DNA of 20,000 nt, from IMG/VR virus record IMGVR_UViG_3300009164_000062, one strand, 5' to 3'. This stretch comes from an uncultured virus (IMG/VR IMGVR_UViG_3300009164_000062). Taxonomy: Duplodnaviria > Heunggongvirae > Uroviricota > Caudoviricetes. The number at the start of each line of letters is the position of its first letter. The stretch's first letter is position 1. Shown here in pieces: positions 7,738 through 15,074 of the stretch. The notes below the pieces were generated by a model, which saw only the letters and a list, made by a program, of their open reading frames with translations, did no database searches and was not told the origin of the DNA. The position numbers and the translations under genes were made by a program.

Positions 7738-7962
7738 GGGCCTGACCTAGATTCGACAGGGCAACAAGTAATAGAGTGGACAGCACGGTAATGTGAAAAC
7801 CGTAGGGTTGGGGGAAAAGCAATAGTCGCTATGCTCATAGCATAGAAAGACGTTAGGCCCGGCCGAAGAAGCGAAAAAAGTAACCGCAAACGACTCACAG
7901 TTCGCATTAGCAGCCTGATAAAGGCAGCTTAGGGTAAGACATACCTCGTAACAGAAAATCAG
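7738..7962 (+). ncRNA. ssrA: Permuted tmRNA, coding piece (normal 5' part plus tag reading frame)
   Basis: GGGCCTG (7738-7744) pairs with CAGGTCC, giving the G3-U alanine identity pair. It is followed by GATTCGAC and by CAGGGCA pairing with TGTTCTG (7318-7324). Tag frame GCA AAC GAC TCA CAG TTC GCA TTA GCA GCC TGA TAA. The 3' boundary is approximate. Confidence 0.9.
7886..7918 (+). other. tmRNA proteolysis tag reading frame (A)ANDSQFALAA*
   Basis: Resume codon GCA follows an A-rich AAAAAAGTAACC context. The AND...ALAA pattern is typical of proteobacterial SsrA tags, with tandem stops TGA TAA. Confidence 0.92.
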
Positions 7963-7985
7963 AAAAGGCTCTTTGGAGCCTTTTT
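7963..7985 (+). terminator. Rho-independent terminator after the tmRNA gene
   Basis: AAAAGGCTC-TTTG-GAGCCTTTTT hairpin with a T-tract. Confidence 0.85.
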
Positions 7986-8100
7986 CTCTAAGTGTTTACA
8001 CTTAGTAAGAACAATGATTTTCACTATGTTATTTCTGATTTTTCCGTGTATAATAGTGATACATACTAAGACAGTATGTCAAACTTAACAGGAGAAAATT

Positions 8101-8172
8101 ATGTGGACAAAACCAACAGCATCTGATATGCGTTTCGGATTTGAAATCACAATGTATATCGCTAACCGCTGA
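8101..8172 (+). CDS. pqqA: Pyrroloquinoline quinone precursor peptide PqqA (MWTKPTASDMRFGFEITMYIANR)
   Basis: 23-aa ORF with AGGAG RBS at 8090-8094. W-x-x-P...R-x-G-F-E-x-T-x-Y signature with the cross-linked Glu and Tyr (E-x-x-x-Y). Not in the ORF track. Confidence 0.93.
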   Translation: MWTKPTASDMRFGFEITMYIANR

Positions 8173-8192
8173 TATGTATTGACTTCAAGATT

Positions 8193-8214
8193 AGGGCACT
8201 AGTTGCCCTTTTTT
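8193..8214 (+). terminator. Rho-independent terminator after pqqA
   Basis: AGGGCA-CTAGT-TGCCCT followed by a T-run. Confidence 0.75.
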
Positions 8215-8266
8215 CTTTACTCCTTTAGATAAATCTATATAATAGAACGTCAACTTAGGAGATATC

Positions 8267-8512
8267 ATGGCAAGTCTAACTACTTATTTTGAAAACAAAG
8301 CATACCGTCCTACGTATTATATCGGTGACCGTGTATTCGGTTATTATAAGAAGATTCCATTTGTAGGTACAGTGGGCAATGATCGTGTTATAAATTTAGA
8401 GGGGCCTGAAATTACTGTGCATTTAGATTTACCTATTAAAATAGATGGGCAAATTAAAAATATAGTAATTGTCAAACACAATGATATTAAACCTTTAAAG
8501 GAGTTTAAATGA
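8267..8512 (+). CDS. Hypothetical phage protein, small beta-rich (SH3/KOW-like) fold possible
   Basis: AGGAG RBS, TATAAT at 8238-8243, IGDRV...GTV pattern. Confidence 0.7.
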   Translation: MASLTTYFENKAYRPTYYIGDRVFGYYKKIPFVGTVGNDRVINLEGPEITVHLDLPIKIDGQIKNIVIVKHNDIKPLKEFK

Positions 8513-8631
8513 TATTGGAAGTAATTGTATACGGTTTTTTTACAGCATTCGGATGGTGGGGCGCAAATCATTATGTAATTGAACCCTATTTTCCACCTTC
8601 AATTGAGAAAAAAGAAGAATCAAAAAAATGA
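8509..8631 (+). CDS. Small membrane protein, 40 aa (MILEVIVYGFFTAFGWWGANHYVIEPYFPPSIEKKEESKK)
   Basis: ATGA overlaps at both ends with the flanking genes, and an N-terminal hydrophobic helix. Confidence 0.7.
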   Translation: MILEVIVYGFFTAFGWWGANHYVIEPYFPPSIEKKEESKK

Positions 8632-8915
8632 GTACCGAACAAGACAAATTCAATCATTCTAAGCGTTTACTCAAGGATGAAAACGCTATTAACAAACAAG
8701 TAAAGATTGCCAAAGCATCTGGTATGAAAGTCGATGAACCGCATAAGTTCGCCAAACATCATGCACTAGATTGCGGTAATCCAGAATGTTTTGTATGCGG
8801 TAATCCTAGAAAAACACACAAAGATAAGTTGACTACCCAAGAAAAACGTTTATTTCAAGACGTAGAGCAAGTACGTGATAGACACAGTAATGGTCTACCA
8901 AATAGCAATGAATGA
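8628..8915 (+). CDS. Hypothetical phage protein with Cys/His cluster (possible Zn-binding)
   Basis: KHHALDCGNPECFVCGNPRK motif and ATGA coupling. Confidence 0.7.
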   Translation: MSTEQDKFNHSKRLLKDENAINKQVKIAKASGMKVDEPHKFAKHHALDCGNPECFVCGNPRKTHKDKLTTQEKRLFQDVEQVRDRHSNGLPNSNE

Positions 8916-8944
8916 GACAATAATATTTCTGTCATATTCTACAC

Positions 8945-8952
8945 TATAAATA
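8945..8952 (+). promoter_or_regulatory. T4-type late-promoter-like motif TATAAATA
   Basis: Exact TATAAATA about 30 nt upstream of the RBS/ATG of the OMP gene. The AT-rich background lowers specificity. Confidence 0.45.
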
Positions 8953-8981
8953 TATAATCATTTAACACATAAGGAGATAAA

Positions 8982-9533
8982 ATGAGATTTACAAAACTAG
9001 CAGTAACATTCGCAACTTTATTGATTGCAGGTTCAGCAATGGCCGCAGGTGGCTATGCATCATTGGAATATTCTGATGAAAACAATCGTGCAACAAATGC
9101 AGGCAGTATCAAAGAAGCAGTAGTTGTTGGTACTAAAGATGGCGCAATGGATTACAGCATCAAAATGGAAAATAGCCAAACTGCATATGGCAGTGGTTCC
9201 ATTTCTCAAGGTCTAGAAGTACGTGTCAAACGAACTTTTGATATGTTCTACTTAGGTGGACGTTTGGGTGAGAAAGTTAATAGTAGCGAACACTTCAGTC
9301 ACTATGCAGTCGATGCAGGTGTAAAGATTCCCCTTGGTGCAGGATTCACTGGTGATGTTGGTGCTCGTTATCGTAATGCATTTGAGTCTGGTCATAGCTA
9401 TCGTACTACACGTGGCCATGTTGCAGTAGGTTATGCACTTACTAAACAAGATGCAGTTGCAGTTCGCTGGAGCCGTAGTTATGGTGATGAAGAAAAAGAT
9501 GCATGGCGTCTACAGTACACACGTAGTTTCTAA
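8982..9533 (+). CDS. Outer-membrane beta-barrel (porin-like) protein
   Basis: AAGGAG RBS, Sec signal peptide (MRFTKLAVTFATLLIAGSAMA), alternating amphipathic strands rich in Y/G, and a C-terminal BAM-type signal ...LQYTRSF. Confidence 0.8.
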   Translation: MRFTKLAVTFATLLIAGSAMAAGGYASLEYSDENNRATNAGSIKEAVVVGTKDGAMDYSIKMENSQTAYGSGSISQGLEVRVKRTFDMFYLGGRLGEKVNSSEHFSHYAVDAGVKIPLGAGFTGDVGARYRNAFESGHSYRTTRGHVAVGYALTKQDAVAVRWSRSYGDEEKDAWRLQYTRSF

Positions 9534-9546
9534 TTAGAAACAAAAT

Positions 9547-9571
9547 AAAAGGCTCTTCGGAGCCTTTTTTT
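9547..9571 (+). terminator. Rho-independent terminator
   Basis: AAAAGGCTC-TTCG-GAGCCTTTTTTT, with the same stem as the terminator at 7963. Confidence 0.9.
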
Positions 9572-9602
9572 ACCTCTATACTTCGGTGACATAAATTAGT
9601 GT

Positions 9603-9857
9603 ATGAAGATTGAAAACGCACTAGATTGGCAAGATGTCCATTCTGCCCTGCGTAAACAAATGAATAGTATTGGGTACAACCCCGATCTTCAAAAAATGCT
9701 AAACAATATTACCAATATGGTAAGTGAACTCAGTAAGACTGAAGTGGAAGCTAGACGTATTCGCAAATCTAATATAGTTGATATACAACTAGATAAAATT
9801 AACAAAGCAATAGATCATTTAGAAAAATTGTTGTTAATGGCTCAATTGATGCGCTAA
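9603..9857 (+). CDS. Hypothetical helical protein
   Basis: 84-aa ORF with coiled-coil-like heptads. Its end overlaps the stop of the convergent gene. Confidence 0.7.
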   Translation: MKIENALDWQDVHSALRKQMNSIGYNPDLQKMLNNITNMVSELSKTEVEARRIRKSNIVDIQLDKINKAIDHLEKLLLMAQLMR

Positions 9858-11206
9858 AGTTTCTTAACGTCAACTAACAAATCAAATCCAACTTCTTTGA
9901 TATCCATAACAAAGTTATGTTCTTTGGCAATATGTTCAAAGACTTTTCTACTGAACCCAGTACGATGACGCATGAAATCTACCCGATTCTTATGCACACT
10001 ATGACGATGCCCATAGATAATATCAATAGGACTAATTGGTCCACCCGCACTTTCATACACTACATCAAGTAGATCACCCGATGCAATCTTTTCACCTATA
10101 CTCTGTAGGTTAGGTGTCAAAATTCTGACATAGCCTCCCGGCTTACATACACGTAATAATTCGCTGATTACACTTGACACTTTAAAGTAATCAATGTGTT
10201 CAATCATATGCGATGTGTATGCACAATCTACAAAATTATTTGGTATGTGACTTATATCAGTTACGTCAGCAAGTATATCCGGATTGAATTTAGTGTCAAT
10301 GTCCAAGGACACTTCACGATACCCTTCAAACACTTCTGTGTACAATAAATCTTTAATGGGCATCCCCCCAAATCCAACGTTCAATACTGTTTTGTCAACT
10401 GCGGGTCGTAAAGGTTTGGGCCTATCATATCTGTCCCACCAATCACGCCAATTCATTTGATCATCCAATTCAGTATCGTATTGCATGTGTAATGCTAGAC
10501 TTGGAATAGGAACAAACAAATAATATCCTCTTTCCCTAAACAATTTATTGATAGTGTTATCTTCCATCTTGCTATCAACTTTATGTTTACCCATTGCTTC
10601 AAACACATCCCAATTATCAGTTAGAACCTTATGATGTACCATAAAACAACTAGCGGTCATTGGTAATGTTCTCCAATGACGACCTTGATGACGAATGATA
10701 TGGCTTTGTACTACTGTGTTTTCGGGTATATATTTGTATGGATCATCATATGGATAGATACATGTAAAATTACCCAATGCATAACTAGTAAACATCATGG
10801 TTTGGATCATGTCATAAATGGCAGTAGTATCGTATAGATAATCATCTTGTGCAAAGTACACAATCTCTTCACCATAATCACGACCATGTTCATAACAACG
10901 TAATATGCTTGGCATGATTCCATATGTGTCAAGTGCTATGAATTGTGTTTTGAATGTAGCAATGCTCAGATTATTTTTAATCTCATTTACTGTTGCCTCA
11001 TCACTATGATCATCAAATACAACTAATTCAAAATCACTATCTAAGTATAATTCTTTGGCGTAGTTCATGGTATCAACCAGGCTGCGACTACACCTTCTGG
11101 TTATTTCGCTTTTAGGTGCTTTACAAAATCTTTCATTATTGTTCATGCCCAAATAATGTTGGCTATCACCTTTGCTGTGGGTTTGGAGTACGACTAGTAT
11201 TTTCAT
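9854..11206 (-). CDS. Fusion of a GT-A/GT2-like glycosyltransferase and a class I SAM-dependent methyltransferase
   Basis: N-terminal LVVFDDHS and IVYFAQDDY. C-terminal VLNVGFGG, SLDID, SHMIEH and LRVCKPGG. Start placed at MKILVVLQ (11206) because the longer ORF runs through the divergent promoter. Confidence 0.8.
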   Translation of the reverse strand: MKILVVLQTHSKGDSQHYLGMNNNERFCKAPKSEITRRCSRSLVDTMNYAKELYLDSDFELVVFDDHSDEATVNEIKNNLSIATFKTQFIALDTYGIMPSILRCYEHGRDYGEEIVYFAQDDYLYDTTAIYDMIQTMMFTSYALGNFTCIYPYDDPYKYIPENTVVQSHIIRHQGRHWRTLPMTASCFMVHHKVLTDNWDVFEAMGKHKVDSKMEDNTINKLFRERGYYLFVPIPSLALHMQYDTELDDQMNWRDWWDRYDRPKPLRPAVDKTVLNVGFGGMPIKDLLYTEVFEGYREVSLDIDTKFNPDILADVTDISHIPNNFVDCAYTSHMIEHIDYFKVSSVISELLRVCKPGGYVRILTPNLQSIGEKIASGDLLDVVYESAGGPISPIDIIYGHRHSVHKNRVDFMRHRTGFSRKVFEHIAKEHNFVMDIKEVGFDLLVDVKKL

Positions 11207-11233
11207 ATATGTACTTAGTATTGGTTCCAGCGG

Positions 11234-11262
11234 TTGACAATAAATCCAGAGTCTGCTATACT
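11234..11262 (+). promoter_or_regulatory. Strong sigma70-like (early) promoter, probably giving a leaderless mRNA
   Basis: TTGACA-N17-TATACT with extended -10 TG. The ATG at 11269 sits at the expected +1. Confidence 0.8.
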
Positions 11263-11268
11263 TACAGT

Positions 11269-11736
11269 ATGGAAATCGAAATACTAGCACACGGAAACAC
11301 AAGTCAATCACGCATTGAATTGCTTACCAAAGCATCAAAATTCTATGCAAAATACTTAAACATCCAAAAATTTAACTATAAAGTACTAGTTGTAAGTGCC
11401 CCTAACTTACGCAAACACGACGGTAACAACGGCATTTGTAGTAAAACTGGTGATAAAGAAATCACTATTGCAGTAGATAGTACATTAGCATTACCTCAAC
11501 TGCTAATGACACTTGCCCACGAAATGGTTCATGCCAAACAGTATGTTCGTGGTCAGTATCGTGGTGAGTTATCACGTAACGGTAGAATGAAAAAAATCTG
11601 GTTGGGTAAACCGTATTCCGTTGCGTATTTGAAACGCCCTTGGGAACGTGAAGCCTTCCGCCGAGAAGGTGAATTGGTATTTGCACTACTTGATCAAGTT
11701 GCCCGAAAAATAAAAAAGAGTAAAAAAGTTGGTTGA
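11269..11736 (+). CDS. Putative zinc metallopeptidase (HExxH)
   Basis: TLAHEMVHAKQY and a downstream PWEREA. Start set at ATG 11269 by the promoter position, not 11116. Confidence 0.75.
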   Translation: MEIEILAHGNTSQSRIELLTKASKFYAKYLNIQKFNYKVLVVSAPNLRKHDGNNGICSKTGDKEITIAVDSTLALPQLLMTLAHEMVHAKQYVRGQYRGELSRNGRMKKIWLGKPYSVAYLKRPWEREAFRREGELVFALLDQVARKIKKSKKVG

Positions 11737-11761
11737 CAGTAATTCGTTTTACTGTTATACT
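11733..11761 (+). promoter_or_regulatory. Strong sigma70-like (early) promoter
   Basis: TTGACA-N17-TATACT with extended TG. The -35 box overlaps the upstream TGA stop. Confidence 0.82.
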
Positions 11762-11801
11762 ATGTTTTCGTTATTAGTAAGCCATCAACAAGGAGTCAAC
11801 A

Positions 11802-12905
11802 ATGGCATCTCAAGTCTCTGACAATCACACTATCACTAGTGTACAAACTCGCAAAGCAATTTTATCTGCTTTCAAAACTAAACGTCCCGTTTTTCTCTGG
11901 GGACCTCCCGGCATCGGTAAGTCTGATGTTGTTTCTGAAATTACTCAGGAACTAGGTGGTATTATGATTGATTTGCGTATGGCGCAAATGGAACCCACTG
12001 ACATTCGTGGTATTCCCTTCTTCAATAAAGAGAACGGTAAAATGGACTGGGCTCCCCCTGTTGACTTGCCTGATGAAGAACTTGCAAGTAAGTATCCAGT
12101 TGTAGTTTTGTTTCTTGACGAAATGAACTCGGCACCCCCATCAGTACAAGCGGCAGGTTATCAACTTGTACTTAACCGTCGTGTAGGTAAATATTTCTTG
12201 CCCGATAATGTCGTTATCGTAGCGGCAGGTAATCGTGATAGTGACAAAGGTGTTACTTATCGTATGCCGATGCCCCTTGCTAATCGTTTCATTCACCTTG
12301 AAATGCGAGCCGATTTTTCTTCATGGCAGACATGGGCTGTAAAAAACAACATTCACAAAGACGTTGTTGGTTACTTGTCGTTTGCAAAACAAGACATGTA
12401 CGACTTTGATGCTAAATCATCAAGCCGTGCGTTTGCAACACCCCGTAGTTGGTGTTTCGTTAGTGACTTGTTGAAAGACGAGGACAACATGGACACTGAT
12501 ACACAATTCAACTTGATTGCAGGTGCAGTAGGTGAAGGTCTTGCTGTTAAGTTTTCAGCACACCGCAAAATCTCAGGTAAGATGCCCGATCCTGCTGATA
12601 TTCTTGCAGGCAAAGTGAAAGACTTGTCTGTTAAAGAAATTAGTGCAATGTACGCATTGACTGTTGGTATGTGCTATGAGTTGAAAGATGCAGTAGAACA
12701 GAAAAAAGTTAAAGCAAAAGAGTTCCACGAAATGGCTCAAAACTTTATTGACTACATGATGAACAACTTTGAAACTGAGTTGGTTGTTATGGGTGCAAAG
12801 ATTGCATTAAAAACATACGAACTGCCTATCGAACCTAGTCAGTTGAGAAACTTTGACGAGTTCCACAAGAAGTACGGCAAGTACATTGTAGAAGCCGGTA
12901 ACTAA
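11802..12905 (+). CDS. MoxR/dynein-related AAA+ ATPase
   Basis: AAGGAG RBS, Walker A GPPGIGKS, Walker B LFLDEMN, sensor AAGN, arginine finger LANRF, TPRSW. Confidence 0.92.
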   Translation: MASQVSDNHTITSVQTRKAILSAFKTKRPVFLWGPPGIGKSDVVSEITQELGGIMIDLRMAQMEPTDIRGIPFFNKENGKMDWAPPVDLPDEELASKYPVVVLFLDEMNSAPPSVQAAGYQLVLNRRVGKYFLPDNVVIVAAGNRDSDKGVTYRMPMPLANRFIHLEMRADFSSWQTWAVKNNIHKDVVGYLSFAKQDMYDFDAKSSSRAFATPRSWCFVSDLLKDEDNMDTDTQFNLIAGAVGEGLAVKFSAHRKISGKMPDPADILAGKVKDLSVKEISAMYALTVGMCYELKDAVEQKKVKAKEFHEMAQNFIDYMMNNFETELVVMGAKIALKTYELPIEPSQLRNFDEFHKKYGKYIVEAGN

Positions 12906-12956
12906 GTTTACGTCAACATATAGTTGACTCCCTCGGAGCCGAAAGGTTCCGTTAAC

Positions 12957-12991
12957 GGGCGGGGATAGTGTGAATATTCCCGCCCTTTTTT
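12957..12991 (+). terminator. Rho-independent terminator after the AAA+ gene
   Basis: GGGCGGGGATA-GTGTGAA-TATTCCCGCCC followed by a T-tract. Confidence 0.8.
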
Positions 12992-13004
12992 CTAAGGATT
13001 TAAA

Positions 13005-13172
13005 ATGAAACATACTGCTCTTTCCGGTAAAAAATATTTTTATGCAATCGGTCAACGTGTCCGTGCAAAAGGTTGGTCTAAGGATCAAGGAATGGAATTC
13101 TATAAAATTGACTCAGCACAACCATATGCCCGAATCTCATTTGATAAAGGCTTTCGAGGATTATGTGCTTGA
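13005..13172 (+). CDS. Hypothetical protein, 55 aa (MKHTALSGKKYFYAIGQRVRAKGW...), not in the ORF track
   Basis: AAGGA RBS upstream, and it fills the gap between the terminator and the next promoter. Confidence 0.6.
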   Translation: MKHTALSGKKYFYAIGQRVRAKGWSKDQGMEFYKIDSAQPYARISFDKGFRGLCA

Positions 13173-13197
13173 CAATAAATACAGTTGGTAATATAAT
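13169..13197 (+). promoter_or_regulatory. Consensus sigma70 promoter
   Basis: TTGACA-N17-TATAAT, with -35 overlapping the upstream TGA. Confidence 0.88.
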
Positions 13198-13226
13198 ACT
13201 AGTATTAACTGATAAAGGAACATGCA

Positions 13227-14501
13227 ATGAGTGAAGTAATCGGCAAACGTAAAAAGAATCGTAGTGATAAGTTTGATAAACTTATTGGACCAACTGACCC
13301 TAAGATTGATGCACAGGCACGTGAACGATTAGTAGCGGCACGTATTGGTCTATTGTTGCGTCATAGTTTCTTTGGTAATCTTGCTACTCGCATGAAACTA
13401 GTTAACGCCGATGAATGGTGTGCAACAGCGGCAACAGATGGTTTAAAATTCTATTACAATAGCCGCTTTATTATGATGTTGAAGCCTAAAGAAGTTGAAT
13501 TCTTAGTAGGTCATGAAGTGTTGCACGTTGTTTATGATCATATGGGTCGCCGCAATGATAGAGATCCTCAAATCTGGAATATTGCTGATGACTATGCAGT
13601 TAATGCAGACTTGAAACGTCACAATGTGGGTCAATTCATTACTACTGTGCCTTGCTTGTATGAAACAAAATACGACGGTAAGCCAGCTGAAGAAATTTAT
13701 GATGACTTGATGAAGAATGTACAGAAAATCAATATTGATCAATTGATTGATATGTTGCTTGATGATCATATGGATGGTGATGATGGTGAAGGTGAGGGTG
13801 AAGGCGACGGTGATGGAAACAAGCCCGGTCGTCCACGTATGACACAAGAAGAAAAAGATCGTGCCCGTGCCGAAATGAAACAGGCAATTATTCAAGCCGC
13901 ACAAAGTGCAGAGGCTGGTACACTACCTAAAGGTGTTGAACGTCTTATTAAAGATGTAACTGAACCTCAAATGCCTTGGCGTGAACTGATTCAAACTAAC
14001 TTGACTAGTGCAATTCGCACTGACTATAGTTGGATGCGAACCAATCGTAAAGGTTGGCACATGGATGCTATTATGCCCGGTACTACTCCCGGTGAAGAGA
14101 TTGACGTTGTTGTTTCACTTGACATGTCAGGTAGTATTAGCGACAAACAAGCTAAAGCATTCTTAGGTGAGATTGCCGGCATGATGGATGCATTTGATGG
14201 TTACAAGGTACATGTATTCTGTTTTGATACTGATACATATAATCCGCAAGACTTTGATAGTGAGAACATGGACAGTATTGAAGAATACGAACCACAAGGT
14301 GGCGGCGGTACTGACTTTGATTGCATCTTTGATTATCTAAAGAAAAATGCTATTGAACCTAAACGTTTGATTGTGTTTACTGACGGATATCCTTGTGGTT
14401 CATGGGGCGACCCTGATTTTTGTGATACTACATGGATCATTCATGGGGACAAAAATCCAAATCCCCCTTTCGGTCAGTTTGCTTTGTATGAGGAAAAATA
14501 A
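13227..14501 (+). CDS. DUF2201-type putative metallopeptidase plus C-terminal vWA domain (partner of the MoxR AAA+)
   Basis: TAATDG, HEVLH (HExxH), WNIADD, an acidic G/D/E linker, MIDAS DMSGS, GGGGTDF and VFTDG. Confidence 0.9.
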   Translation: MSEVIGKRKKNRSDKFDKLIGPTDPKIDAQARERLVAARIGLLLRHSFFGNLATRMKLVNADEWCATAATDGLKFYYNSRFIMMLKPKEVEFLVGHEVLHVVYDHMGRRNDRDPQIWNIADDYAVNADLKRHNVGQFITTVPCLYETKYDGKPAEEIYDDLMKNVQKINIDQLIDMLLDDHMDGDDGEGEGEGDGDGNKPGRPRMTQEEKDRARAEMKQAIIQAAQSAEAGTLPKGVERLIKDVTEPQMPWRELIQTNLTSAIRTDYSWMRTNRKGWHMDAIMPGTTPGEEIDVVVSLDMSGSISDKQAKAFLGEIAGMMDAFDGYKVHVFCFDTDTYNPQDFDSENMDSIEEYEPQGGGGTDFDCIFDYLKKNAIEPKRLIVFTDGYPCGSWGDPDFCDTTWIIHGDKNPNPPFGQFALYEEK

Positions 14502-14754
14502 TAATCAAATTGATTTTCCGGACGGGTATGTTTATGAATCACCTGACGGTGGCGAAACTATTTACGCACGTCAGGTTGGTTCCAATGAAAGACACGTGCA
14601 TTATGAAAGTGAAAAAGTGAAATCTTTACGTGAAAGTCTACTAGAAGATAAAATGTGGGGCAAGATAAGACGTTTAGCAAAAACAAATGTCCCATTGGCT
14701 GATGCAGTTGATAAAGTCATTATGATTTACAATCTGGTAAAGGATAGAAAATGA
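14488..14754 (+). CDS. Hypothetical phage protein (YESPDGG motif)
   Basis: ATG 14488 overlapping the end of the vWA gene is more plausible than 14371. ATGA coupling to the next gene. Confidence 0.65.
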   Translation: MRKNNNQIDFPDGYVYESPDGGETIYARQVGSNERHVHYESEKVKSLRESLLEDKMWGKIRRLAKTNVPLADAVDKVIMIYNLVKDRK

Positions 14755-15074
14755 AAAAATATCTTGCAATGTGGGACATGTATGGTCTTGAATTTTTGTT
14801 TGATACAGACAAGTGGGAGAAAGAATATATGTGGAGTATTCTTTCTGAAAAGCCTAAGCCAACTACACCTAGTATTCAAATGATGATACTACGTGCTAAG
14901 GCTAATAATCAACGTTGTTATGAAATCTATGCATTCACCGCCGATGATGATTTAACAGAAGAATCAATAAAGTTAGCATTTGAAACTGCTCCTCAAGGCA
15001 TAGTAGATTTCATTCGTAAGAACGGTGAGAAAATTTATAGCGACCGAGCAACACAGAAAGCAGTAATTATATGA
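14751..15074 (+). CDS. Hypothetical phage protein
   Basis: 107-aa ORF coupled by ATGA overlaps on both sides. Confidence 0.75.
   Translation: MKKYLAMWDMYGLEFLFDTDKWEKEYMWSILSEKPKPTTPSIQMMILRAKANNQRCYEIYAFTADDDLTEESIKLAFETAPQGIVDFIRKNGEKIYSDRATQKAVII

Noticed and set aside
11116..11311. Long head-to-head overlap of the 9854-11311 and 11116-11736 ORFs
   Set aside because: This is an artefact of longest-ORF calling. Starts at 11206 (-) and 11269 (+) leave a 62-nt divergent intergenic region containing a clear promoter.
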